Below are positions 51,288-61,862 of a stretch of DNA of 64,000 nucleotides, piece by piece (the first letter of the stretch is position 1; every line of letters begins with the position of its first letter). The position numbers were made by a program, and so were the translations under genes. The DNA comes from a virus. Location of the stretch: positions 1 through 64,000 of IMG/VR virus record IMGVR_UViG_3300046453_000081, one strand, 5' to 3'. A model generated the notes under the pieces. That model did no database searches and was not told the origin of the DNA. It saw only the letters and a list, made by a program, of their open reading frames with translations.

Positions 51288-54191
51288 AAGTTTTTAATAA
51301 ACTTTCCATACCAGTAATATACACGATTTCCAACAAAAAGAGAGTCATCTGATTTTTTAACTTGACCTGTACATTCAAATCCGTATGATTCCATCAATTT
51401 AATGTGGTCTTCTCTTTCTTCTTTAGAATCATATTTAAATTCAAGAACCTTAAATTCAGATATTTTTTCCACAATTATCACTCCTTTTATTGACCTTATA
51501 GTCAAATGTACATTTTCTTACGTTTGAATTCTTCTCGACTAAATACTCTGCCAATCCTTTTAAACTTCCTTTTAGTTGAATTGTATTTAATCACGCAGGG
51601 CTTACACATGCTTGTTAACCTGTCTGTAGCTGAATCATAGTAAAAATTATCTTCATCTTTTTCACATTCGCACATTGTACATCTTTTCATGCAAATACCT
51701 CTAATTTTTTATTGTTTTATTAAATTATTTTTCGGTTAAAGATTCTTCTTCTTCTGTATGCATAGCATAATAAAGCATTTCTGTAATTTCTCCAACTGCA
51801 TTTAAATGAGTTTGATTTTCCATTATATTTTACCTCCCTACAGATACTTATTAGGTAGAAACTTTATTCATTCGTATGGTGTTTTACTTCTTAAGGCTTT
51901 TTCTCATTTCAAGTTGTTCTGATAATTCCGAAGTGGTAAAGAATGAAAGGATTGAATGAATTAATCTTCTTTTCACGAATAGCACCTCCCTGTATGGTCA
52001 TGATATTTGAGACACAATTGTTGTCGTTAATGGCTCATAGGTTCGTATTGTGTCGTTTGGCTACTCAATTTCATCAACATCTAAATCAACAACGTCTGAA
52101 TTGTCTAACCAGTTTCTCCAATCAATTTCACCGCTGATTACGTCCTCTTGTTTCCATCTTGATAAAGCATCAAACTCTTCTTCTGTCATGTCTAAATCAA
52201 CTTCAAAGTTGGCTCGTAATCTGAGTTCACCTTTAACTTTTATCATTTTTACACACCCTTTTTTCAACGTGATATTTACAGTGTTTTTTACTTAATCTTG
52301 ATAAAACGACCATACCTTCTAAGAAAAATCATAACTGTTTCAATTTCTTGTGCGTTCCTGCTCGCTAATAAATCCTCAGCCAATGTTTCATGTAACCCAA
52401 ATTTTTCTACTAATTCCTGATATTCTTTTTCATACATATTATCAATTACACCCACTTAGACCCCTCCCTCCTTTGTTTAATCATAATTTAACCATTGTAA
52501 TCAAAAGACTTTTACGCACAATCCTTTAGAGATAAAATATTGATTATAATCTTTATCTTCAATATATGTTTTCTCTAAATAATTTTCATCCAAGTCTTCA
52601 GTATGTCTACTAATAATGTCATTATAATCACTGCATGTTTTAATAAATTTCTTAACTTCTACAAAACCAATATCGTATTCATCTGAACCAACTACATCTA
52701 AATTTCCATAACGCTTTCTTATTTCTTGCAAATCATTTATTACATCGTCTATACTCATTTTGTTATGCCTACTCTCCCTGCAATGTTTGTATTGCTATGT
52801 CTACAGCGTCATCAATAGACAATGGATATAAAGAATGAGTAATTTTACCTAACCCTTGTTCATAACGTTCTCTTAGTGCTTTTTCTTTTCGCCATTCACG
52901 ATGTAGATTTAGATACTGAACGTCTAAATCAGCTAGTTTTTGCACTATTGATTCAAATGTTTTATCATCCATTTTCTTTCCTCCTTCATTTTACAGCTTT
53001 TAGACAACTAGCCTTTTAAGTGCTTTGACTTAGATAATTTTTCTCCTGCTTGTAGTTTTTTTAATACTTCATCATCATGGCTATTGTCGTTTGAATCATA
53101 GCCCAACTGTTCTCGTACCATTTCAACTAAAAAATCTGCGTAACCTTCAATATGGTTCATAGAATCACTCTTTCGTCCTTATGGTCAACAATACGATTGA
53201 AATCGTATTGTAAATCACTTAATTTTGTCATTTTCATTTTTACCATTTTCATTTTTATTTCCCTTTCTTGTTGAGCAATTTCCATCGTTAATGACTTATA
53301 TCATCGAATTGCGAATTAACCCACTCGTTTTGAATCATAGGTTAAATGAAATTTTAGCCAATAACAAGCTTCCTTTGATTCGTGCAAATCACCTTTAAAA
53401 AACTGTTTAATCATATTAAAGAAGAGGAATCCAACATGTTTCCAATCTTTCTTATCAAAATTAAATATCCTTTTAATCACCTAAATCCCTCCTTCGTTAT
53501 ATGCGTCTAATGGTTCGTAAGACGAATTAACACATTAACAAATGATTGGTTGCCTTTCCTATCCAATACCAATTACCGTCATTTTTTCCTCTTAGTTTAG
53601 ATACCTTGGAAAAGGCTTCGCCAAAGGAAATATTGTCGTATATTTGTGTGACCTCACCTGTTTTGGTATCCTTCATACAAACACCATTGTTCATCTTCGT
53701 TAACCCTCCCTAATTGCTATAGTTATCAGTTGTATTGTTACCACTCATATTTATATAGAACATAATCGTCTGAAACTAACCTAAAATAAGATTCACTATG
53801 TTCGCCTGAAAGAGTATTGTTTAAAGCATTAACAATAATCTCACCGTAGTACTTTTTAACATTTTCACAAACTAAGACATCATCAACTGTATCTCTGTTA
53901 TAATTATCTACATTGATTATTTTCATTTCTAATAATCCTTTCGAACAATTTTTAGTCAACTTTACAAGTTCTCCACTCTTCAAGTTCTAGTCTGTCTAGG
54001 GTAAAAAACATTGGAGTGTCGTCATTCATAAATTCAATAATCATCATTTTTCCTTTTTCATTGTCAGGACAATCATCAGGATTCTTATATGTTGATTCAG
54101 CGCTTACTACACTGTAGCTACCTCCATAAGCCCAAGAATCTCCGATGTATTCAATTCGACCACCTTCTTTTACTTTTGTTAAATCCAACAT
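51284..54191 (-). CDS. Array of very small hypothetical genes (51284-~51472, 51502-51690 zinc finger, 52061-~52246, 52501-52758, 52769-52972, 53738-~53926, 53952-54191 and shorter ORFs)
   Basis: Short co-oriented ORFs with RBSs. Confidence 0.55.
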
Positions 54192-54217
54192 TTTAGTTGC
54201 ATCTCCTTATTGTTCGC

Positions 54218-54895
54218 TTACAATTCTTGCAGAATTCTTCTGAACATTAAATCCCATTCATCTGCTTCTACTTCTTCATCACATTTTTCAACACTTAAGA
54301 GTAAAGCATTTTCACTAACTTCTACAAGATAAGGTAGTTCATTAATATATTTTTTAAGCAATGTTATCCTAAAGCCCTGACCACGATTATCAAAACTCCC
54401 AACAAAAGATTGTCTTTCTTGATTTAATTCAATCCCAAAAATATCAGTATACAAAGTCACTGTTTTCAGTGATAAATCCTCATAAATGTTATCATCTTTA
54501 TCTTCATTGCAATGACTACACATGGTTTGGTAATTCGCCAATTCATTTTTCCCGCCTTTACTAACTGGAATGATGTGGTCTTTTGTCATAAGAACCTCAT
54601 TGCCTTCTCCATCAACTGCATACAGGTTAAAGTGATATATATCCGTTTTGTTTGTGCCTTTTGAGTCTCTTTCTTTGAAGAAGTATTGACCTTCAATTCC
54701 ACAGCTTACACACTTCGTTCCACTAAGGATAAAACACTTATACCTATCTGAAGCCATTTTCATTAAATCTCCATCAAATTCAACTCTTTGTCTTGGGTCA
54801 GTCTTTTTCATATCAATAAATAGTTTGGCTTTTGACAAAACTTCTTCAATTGTGTATTTCTCTTTTCTAATCATGTTTCTAGGATTTATAATCAT
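54218..54895 (-). CDS. HNH nuclease domain protein
   Basis: CVSCG...MTKDHIIPVSKGGKNELANYQTMCSHCN. Confidence 0.85.
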   Translation of the reverse strand: MIINPRNMIRKEKYTIEEVLSKAKLFIDMKKTDPRQRVEFDGDLMKMASDRYKCFILSGTKCVSCGIEGQYFFKERDSKGTNKTDIYHFNLYAVDGEGNEVLMTKDHIIPVSKGGKNELANYQTMCSHCNEDKDDNIYEDLSLKTVTLYTDIFGIELNQERQSFVGSFDNRGQGFRITLLKKYINELPYLVEVSENALLLSVEKCDEEVEADEWDLMFRRILQEL

Positions 54896-54945
54896 GTTTA
54901 TTTTCTCCTTTGTTAAAACATATCCTTTTCACTTTTATGGTAGTT

Positions 54946-55826
54946 TTACCCTTGTTCTTCAATATCATATTCACAATTGTTAATTCTCTCATACATATCC
55001 AAATACGCTTTAGTCTTATCTTTTTCTCCATTTCGATAACATTCTGCATATTTATTAGATATATAAATTAGCATTTTTTCTTTATTCATTTTACAAATAG
55101 AATCCATATATGCCATTCTACCAATCACTCCTTTGTTAAAACATATCCATTGCATCTTCGCCCAAGTCTATATCTTCTTCTTCTACCTTGTTCATTTCCC
55201 ACAAACAACAAAAAAGTCTCCAAAACATTCTTGCATCTTCATGTTCGGCAATTTCGCAATAATAGACTTCATATTTTTCATTCAAGTAGTTCAAGGCTTC
55301 ATACTTATCTTTGAATCTAGCCATTACTGGAATAATCCTCCCCAAATGATTCCCGCAGAAATAGAACTGATTATAATAGCAATAAACCACATTATTGCAT
55401 GAAACTTGTTCAAGCTACCGCCAAAAAAGAATTTTACCAACCCTTGAAATGCAAACAATCCAAAACATACTAATAATACCCAAGCTGTTATTGTCATTTT
55501 TAATTCCACCTTTTAGTTTATCAATTATATTAGTTGACAAATTCGGCTGTCACACCAAATCTTACACCTGACTTCACTAGTAGCTGATTGAATAGTTCAG
55601 TTAAAATAAAATCTTCAAAAAATGTATCAATATTATTGTTTTTTATTACTTTTAAAAATCTATCTTCTTCTTCATTTGTCATTAACTCTTCTTTTTTAAA
55701 TCCTTTTTTGATTAGTTCAAAGTAAATTATGTACATCATAACAACATCTTTTTTGTAAAATACTTCTTCCATTGGCTCGTCAGATTCTATTAATTCATTA
55801 TTTTCATTCACTGTTGTCATCACCAA
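54946..55826 (-). CDS. Small hypothetical genes (incl. membrane peptide 55324-55509 and 55530-55826)
   Basis: Co-oriented ORFs. Confidence 0.5.
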
Positions 55827-55903
55827 GTTTCATTTTATTTATCACTTGCTATAATTACATGTTACACCATTGCCAGTTAAGTGTCAATGGATTACAAAGA
55901 AAA

Positions 55904-55933
55904 AATGCAAGAATATAACATAATTCTTGCATT
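55904..55933 (-). terminator. Rho-independent terminator after the dNMP kinase gene
   Basis: AATGCAAGAAT-N8-ATTCTTGCATT, followed by a T-run on the minus strand. Confidence 0.6.
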
Positions 55934-55953
55934 AAATTTATATAGTATTATTG

Positions 55954-56484
55954 TTATGAATTTAAGTAGGTCTTTACCAAATCTTGCTCTAATATTTCTT
56001 TTATCATAGCCGATACAATTGAGAAATCAGAATTTGAAGTATCCAGTGAAAACATCATTCTTGGCATATATATCCCATTCATAGCCTTCTCATATTGAGT
56101 TAAAATATTGCCAATATCTTCTAGTTTAATCATATCATCTCCACGCATTGCCATTCTCTCAGCAATAATATTTTGTGGCGCATTTAGATAGATTACCAAT
56201 GTTTTTTTACTTAACTTTTTTGACAGTTCCGCATATTGAAATTGGTTCATCATTGGATAATTATATAAAAAACCATAAACAAGGTTGCTATAGAAAAATC
56301 TGTCAATAATAACATTCTCCCTATCAAGCAATCCCATCATATGTTCAAACATTCCATCTGAACCAAACTCTGAAATTTCAAAACTACTTCCTTTTACAAC
56401 TGTGTAGCCTGTCTTTTCAGCCAACAAACTTGCAAATGTAGTTTTACCTACACAATCACAGCCTTCAGTTACTATATTTACCAT
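55954..56484 (-). CDS. Deoxynucleoside monophosphate/thymidylate kinase-like protein (SPbeta YorR-like)
   Basis: EGCDCVGKTT, IIDRFFYSNLVYG, R..MRGDD. Confidence 0.8.
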   Translation of the reverse strand: MVNIVTEGCDCVGKTTFASLLAEKTGYTVVKGSSFEISEFGSDGMFEHMMGLLDRENVIIDRFFYSNLVYGFLYNYPMMNQFQYAELSKKLSKKTLVIYLNAPQNIIAERMAMRGDDMIKLEDIGNILTQYEKAMNGIYMPRMMFSLDTSNSDFSIVSAMIKEILEQDLVKTYLNS

Positions 56485-56498
56485 TATATTTTACCACC

Positions 56499-56750
56499 CT
56501 AATTAAATGTATTAATATAACGCTTTCCCAAATCAACCATTGCAGAAAAGGTTGCATTTTCCGATTCTGCTACAGTTCTAAGTATCTGAGATTTTTTACT
56601 CTTAAAAAATAAAAATCTTTTAAACTCAAATATTGTTAATACATATGTTGGTGTTCCCACATCTTCGTTTTTATCAACTTGAAGACAATATTCATGACCA
56701 TCTTTTTTTATCAGTTCTTGAAACATTAAAATGTTATTTTCTTTGTCCAT
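56499..56750 (-). CDS. Hypothetical protein
   Basis: ORF overlapping the stop of the 3D-domain gene. Confidence 0.55.
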   Translation of the reverse strand: MDKENNILMFQELIKKDGHEYCLQVDKNEDVGTPTYVLTIFEFKRFLFFKSKKSQILRTVAESENATFSAMVDLGKRYINTFN

Positions 56751-57480
56751 ATCTAATTATCTCCACCATAACTTTTCTTCTACCGAATGTGTTTGCTTCT
56801 CTTTCATTGTTGACTAGCAAATCTATTTCATATCCTTTTATTCCACCGCCAACATCCATACTGATTGCATAAAATTCGGTATTGTCATATGATATTTTAA
56901 CGATTGAATACAATGGGACTATTCTTCTATCTGTTGCAATTATCCTCATGCCCTTATATCTAATGGTGTTAGTGACATTATATCCAGTAGACGTTGTTCC
57001 TGAACAACCATAACAATAAGGTGTGTACGCTGTAGCTTCAAACACAATTGAATCAATGTGAGTAGCTTCGCCCCTAGAGGGGATTTGTGTTAATTTCTTC
57101 ATTCTCTCTTTTTTTCTTCTTAATCTTTCTTTTTCTGCCTTTTCTTGTATCAGTTTGTCGTTTTTTATTTTTACTGATTTTAGGTATTCTATTCTTTTCT
57201 TGGTATTTTTTAGTTGTTCATATTCCCCTGCTTTAATTAATTGAGAGTATTCTTCATACCATAAAACACTTCCAACGGATACATTGACAATTGAATTCCT
57301 ACGTAATATTTCATTTTTATCCTGTTCTACAATGACAATGCTCTCAATTTTCACCTTTTCACTATAGGGCAATGTGGCTGAAGATTTATCCTCAACCACA
57401 TTGTTATATTGTGAAAAGAGAAAATGAGTTATTGCTAAGACAATGGCGATACCAAAGCCCCACTTTAGAAATCTACTCAT
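56734..57480 (-). CDS. Membrane-anchored 3D-domain (lytic transglycosylase-like) protein
   Basis: N-terminal TM, coiled coil, FEATAYT..C.GC.G.T.TG...IATD...DVGGGIKG..IDL. Confidence 0.85.
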   Translation of the reverse strand: MSRFLKWGFGIAIVLAITHFLFSQYNNVVEDKSSATLPYSEKVKIESIVIVEQDKNEILRRNSIVNVSVGSVLWYEEYSQLIKAGEYEQLKNTKKRIEYLKSVKIKNDKLIQEKAEKERLRRKKERMKKLTQIPSRGEATHIDSIVFEATAYTPYCYGCSGTTSTGYNVTNTIRYKGMRIIATDRRIVPLYSIVKISYDNTEFYAISMDVGGGIKGYEIDLLVNNEREANTFGRRKVMVEIIRYGQRK

Positions 57481-57510
57481 AATTTCCCCTTTCTTTTTCA
57501 ATTATATTTA

Positions 57511-59990
57511 TTACTTTAAGCTATCAACAAATTCTGCAATAGCTTTTAAGCTATCGACATCAGTCATCTTTGTATAATCAACTTTTTTGTTGTTATGTTT
57601 TTTGATAACAGTTTTAATCTCTGCCATCTTGGTTTCATCGTCAGAATAATTACCAATTGTATTCTTTAAGTGTTCAATTAGTTCATCTGACGTATGTAGT
57701 TTATCAATAGAATTTTTTTGTTTTTCTATGTATTCGTTTGATTTTTCTTCGTGTTCTTCAAACTGAATTTGTTTTTGTTTTTCTACAGCTTTAGAATCAC
57801 CATTGTACTCTGCAAGAATAGCTTCTTCAATCACGTTAATAAATTCAGTAGGAGAGTATTTAATCTTGTCAGGAACATTTGCAAATCGTGAACCTGCTTC
57901 CAGTGTGGAATCACCTCTGAAATGAATGTAGCGTACATCCTGATATTCCTTACCAACTTTTTCTTGAGCAATATCTATGTATACAATAAAGTCAACCATG
58001 TTAAGGACAACATCACGAATCTTTCCTTGAAGTGAAAGTGTGGTCTTATCATATTCTTGACCATTCTTATGTTTGACGGTTTTTTCTTTATCATGAGTAA
58101 TAAATACCCAATGATAGCCCGCTTGGTCTAACTTTGTTACTTGCTCAAGAAATGCTGACTCTAACATATTGTGTGCTTTACCATAACCTACATCTTGCAA
58201 TACTTTATATGTTTTAGTGTCTTGAATAGATAATTGATTAAGGACATATTTTTCACAAAGTTTTTGTGCCATGTCAACTGTATCCATGCCAAGGATTCTA
58301 TATGGAACTTCATCTTTCTTTTCGACCAGTTCATCGACTAAATCAACGAATCCATCCCAATCCTCAATATCTACTGCATTAATACCATTTAAAGCGTTGT
58401 ATCCCTTTTCAAAAGCAAGTAAAAGAAGTTTAGATAAGTCACCATTATACTTTTCCTTAACTAGTTTATAAAGTAAAGATGTTTTTCCTGCTTTTGGTCG
58501 CAAATGCTTGTTATCGCTAAAGTTCTTTATCTCTAGCATCTAGAGGTTTCCCTCATACCTACACGCAGGACATATAGGATACGACAGGTCAATTCCTGCC
58601 TAGTTCAGAATAAATCATCAACTTAGTTATCTCACGACAGTAAGTTGTCCCTCTCTCGTGGCTTTATTATACTCTACACATATTAAATATTTCTTAAAGA
58701 AATACATTCCTCAAATATATTTCTTTTTCTCCTTAACGATAAACAGTCTTCTTTATACATCATTTCATATATTTTAATTGAATGAAATGTGCTATACTCA
58801 ATCTCATACAGATTTTGTTTTCGTTTTGAGACTTTCTTAATAGGTATTTCTTTGTCTGATTGACAGTGAATAACTTCAACAATTTTCTTAAGTATTTTTT
58901 CAGAACCACTTACAATTCTGAGTCTTAGTTGTGGTGTAATCGTCTTTACTCCAAACTTATTAGTTGGATATGTTATCCCAATACTACCATCACCATCAAA
59001 GTAACCTCTAACGAAATCCATCTCATATTCTTTTGGCACATTCGGAAACTCTATAATTAGGGATTTTCTGTTTTCAATTCCTAAGTCAATTAGGGTTTGA
59101 CAAAATTTAACAGACCTGATTATTAAATTTACATTACTGAATTTCCCACTTTTTCCATATTCTAAATTACCTGTGTAAGATAGTTTTCTTCTTATTTCTT
59201 CTAACAATTCGACGTTATATTCATCATCTTTTAGTCCGATTTTTAGTATGCCAAAGTTTTTCTTTCCCTTAGTAATAGTGCCATCGGAAGCTATCAGACC
59301 TAAAATATATGCCATATCGCTAGACCATTCTTTAAAATAGTCTTCATTAACATTGTAAAGTCTATTTTGTGTGTGTCTTCCTGTTTCCCTCATTGCCATG
59401 TTTGCTTCGCTAGGGCTTCTTTTTTCAATTCCATTATATACCATAATGTCACTAACAAGTTTTATAGAAACACCTAGTTTTTTAGCTATTTCAAAACATG
59501 ACATTTTTTCATTGATATACAGATTACGAATAGCGTCACTGTATTTTTCTCTATTCTTATCTTTTCTTCTCTTAAATGGAATATTGAGTTTTTCGCACCA
59601 TTTAACTAATGTCTGATAACGACAATTCGCCTTTTTACAAACATCCATTGTTGGAGTTTCTTTCACAACTAATTCTTCATATAAGAAATTTCTATCCTTA
59701 TAAAGAAAATCGCTCATTTTATTCACCGCCTTTCAGTAGTTAAGATGTGAGGAAAGTTAATATTGTAGTTTCAAAAGCTATTCGTTGCACCTGTATAGCC
59801 TTTTAAAGCCATACTTCGGTTCGCATTGCCATATCCATAAGGACTTAGGGTTTTACGATTTTCAGAGGAATTTGCAACAGTGCGTCACCGCAACTGTGGG
59901 GCAGACCTATTTACCCGAAATACAATATTTATAAAGAGTCCAATCTGCTACTACTTTGTTTGTTTTAATTTTATCTAACATTGATAACAT
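57511..59990 (-). CDS. YorG/Sak4-like AAA ATPase, intron-split: exon 1 59990-59913, exon 2 58500-57511 (about 355 aa spliced)
   Basis: Exon 1 ends YKYCISG and exon 2 begins RPKAGKT, so splicing restores Walker A GRPKAGKT; exon 2 also has AFEKG, MDTVD, GYGKA, ITH, AGSRF. Confidence 0.88.
58501..59912 (-). mobile_element. Group I self-splicing intron carrying a LAGLIDADG endonuclease
   Basis: 5' exon ends in U (GGGT) and can pair with intron GCCC (P1); intron GGTC can pair with 3' exon GACC (P10); candidate P7 GAATA/TATTC; terminal G. Confidence 0.85.
58683..59726 (-). CDS. Intron-encoded double-motif LAGLIDADG homing endonuclease with N-terminal HTH repeats
   Basis: AYILGLIASDG and FVRGYFDGDG; LRRK near the C-terminus. 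Confidence 0.9.
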   Translation of the reverse strand: MNKMSDFLYKDRNFLYEELVVKETPTMDVCKKANCRYQTLVKWCEKLNIPFKRRKDKNREKYSDAIRNLYINEKMSCFEIAKKLGVSIKLVSDIMVYNGIEKRSPSEANMAMRETGRHTQNRLYNVNEDYFKEWSSDMAYILGLIASDGTITKGKKNFGILKIGLKDDEYNVELLEEIRRKLSYTGNLEYGKSGKFSNVNLIIRSVKFCQTLIDLGIENRKSLIIEFPNVPKEYEMDFVRGYFDGDGSIGITYPTNKFGVKTITPQLRLRIVSGSEKILKKIVEVIHCQSDKEIPIKKVSKRKQNLYEIEYSTFHSIKIYEMMYKEDCLSLRRKRNIFEECISLRNI

Positions 59991-60136
59991 CAAATCACTT
60001 CTCCCTTATATTTTATCACTTTTGGGAAGAATGTTCCATTGAATCTCCCCAAAAGTCATAAATCCGTAAATTTTATTTACTACTTGTTAAACATATGTAT
60101 TACTATTGTTAATTATATCTATCACTTATGTTAAAC

Positions 60137-61228
60137 TTAGTTGAAGGGTAACGAATCATCATCATCCGATTCATCTGAAGCAAAAGGATTATCTGACATG
60201 TCTTCTTCATCTACTAAATCCTCTTCAACAATAAAGTCTTCAAGTTTATAGCGTTTTTGTACAAACGATTTAAGGTCTACACCTGTAATTTGTAGTTCTG
60301 TTATACGCTTTGTATTAGCACGTTTACCTTGTCCTTTAGGAGTATAACCACCATCCCCAAAGATAGAATCTTTTGGTGCTTCTACTTCTTCGGTTTCAAC
60401 TTGTTCAGTTCTATTAACACATAATCCTACTACCTTCACATAGTCGCCAAATTTAAGTTTGCTATTGAACGCTGTAGCAACTGTTTTTAGCTTGGCATCC
60501 TCTGTATCAATGACAAATGGATAGTCAAAGAATGTGCCATCGTAAGAAATTGTTCGACCAAGTACAGTAAGTTTTTTAGTCTTTTTATCATACGCACTAC
60601 CAACAAAGATTAGTTCTTGTTCAAATGAAGCTGTTTCTTCAAACTTTTCATCAGCAAAATCAACTTGCTTAACTAACTTTGAAGCGTATTTAATTTGATA
60701 TTTTGCTTGTTTGACTTTTTCACCCTGTTGATTTTCGTATTCGCTAAGAGTTAAATCACCACTTACTGAAATACTATCCCCATCATCAAACGTTTGGAAA
60801 ATGCTATCTACAGCATCATATTCAACAAATGTTTCATAAACAATTTTTTTCTTTTCAGCTTCATCGTCTTCAAATCTACCAACGTTGATACCAATAAGAT
60901 TCCACCCTTCAGGAATGTCATCACGATTTTCAAATGATAGTTTCTTTGTAGGTGTTTTCTTACCCTGTTTACGTAATTTTTCTCGCTCCTCTTTTTTTAG
61001 TGCTTGAGAAATGTAAGCGTCTTTTTCCATTCCGTATAATTCAACAAACAACTCATTTGTTTCATTCGTCTTCACTGAAAAACGTAAGCTTCTCCATTCC
61101 TTACCAATATTCTTCCCCTTATCGAACTCACCTTCTGTGTAAGCCTTGTCCTCACTGATACGGTTTACAATTCCAACTGCTCTCCATGTTCCTTTTGTTT
61201 GTACTAATGGTGTTTTTTCTTTTGCCAT
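60137..61228 (-). CDS. Putative single-stranded DNA-binding protein (two OB-like halves, acidic tail)
   Basis: Beta-rich sequence, C-terminal DESDDDDSLPFN, upstream of the recombination ATPase, strong GGAGG RBS. Confidence 0.65.
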   Translation of the reverse strand: MAKEKTPLVQTKGTWRAVGIVNRISEDKAYTEGEFDKGKNIGKEWRSLRFSVKTNETNELFVELYGMEKDAYISQALKKEEREKLRKQGKKTPTKKLSFENRDDIPEGWNLIGINVGRFEDDEAEKKKIVYETFVEYDAVDSIFQTFDDGDSISVSGDLTLSEYENQQGEKVKQAKYQIKYASKLVKQVDFADEKFEETASFEQELIFVGSAYDKKTKKLTVLGRTISYDGTFFDYPFVIDTEDAKLKTVATAFNSKLKFGDYVKVVGLCVNRTEQVETEEVEAPKDSIFGDGGYTPKGQGKRANTKRITELQITGVDLKSFVQKRYKLEDFIVEEDLVDEEDMSDNPFASDESDDDDSLPFN

Positions 61229-61289
61229 TGTTAAATTCCTCCTTGAGATATGTATAATTAATATTTTGTCTTGATGCGTAGCTTGGTAG

Positions 61290-61316
61290 TTAACTGTTTG
61301 AAGGTGGACTTCTCAC
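61290..61316 (-). CDS. Candidate leader mini-ORF MRSPPSNS
   Basis: AAAGGAG, 10 nt, then GTG AGA AGT CCA CCT TCA AAC AGT TAA within the SSB leader. Confidence 0.4.
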   Translation of the reverse strand: MRSPPSNS

Positions 61317-61345
61317 AGATATTCAACTCCTTTATCACATAGTTA

Positions 61346-61374
61346 ATAATATCATTTTATTTATCACTTGTCAA
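61346..61374 (-). promoter_or_regulatory. SigA promoter of the SSB/ATPase operon with the repeated motif as its spacer
   Basis: TTGACA-agtgataaataaaatga(17)-TATTAT. Confidence 0.75.
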
Positions 61375-61478
61375 GCTTTGTCGAATCTTGTCTAAAACCG
61401 TCTTTTTAATACAGGTCGGCTATACAAGATGACAATATTCCTATATATATTATATTTATCATTTGTGAAGCAACCCTT

Positions 61479-61862
61479 TCACAAAAGAAGTCGCAACATT
61501 TTTGCTCTTGGGGATTTTAAGTGTTCAGTAAATAATTTCTCAAGTGAAATCTTACCATTCTTAATTTTATTTGTCAATAGCAAGAACTCTTGTTTGGTTA
61601 TTGGATGTAAAAACAATTCTTCTAGTGCTTGCACTTGGTTCTTTGAATATTTTTCTGTGAATTCATCGAACTGTTGTGGATACTGCTCTAATCTGTGAAC
61701 CCTGTAGTCGCTTACAGCCAAATTTTCATTAGAGGAATCTAAAAGAAAATTGTAAATAAATGAATCAGCTTGCTCAAGACGGTCGATTAAAATACTTAAA
61801 ATGCCCTTGTTTTCATTTGTTAAGTTCTTAACTGTAAAACCATTGATTAAAACTAATTCCAT
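61479..61862 (-). CDS. Hypothetical protein
   Basis: 127-aa ORF with GGGAG RBS. Confidence 0.6.
   Translation of the reverse strand: MELVLINGFTVKNLTNENKGILSILIDRLEQADSFIYNFLLDSSNENLAVSDYRVHRLEQYPQQFDEFTEKYSKNQVQALEELFLHPITKQEFLLLTNKIKNGKISLEKLFTEHLKSPRAKMLRLLL

Noticed and set aside
51720-52060. Possible ncRNA or tRNA in the apparent ORF gap
   Set aside because: The gap contains RBS-led ORFs shorter than 60 codons on the minus strand, and no cloverleaf or T-loop signature was found.
58501-58539. Track-predicted N-terminus MLEIKNFSDNKHL of the ATPase
   Set aside because: This is intron sequence; the true N-terminus is exon 1 at 59913-59990.
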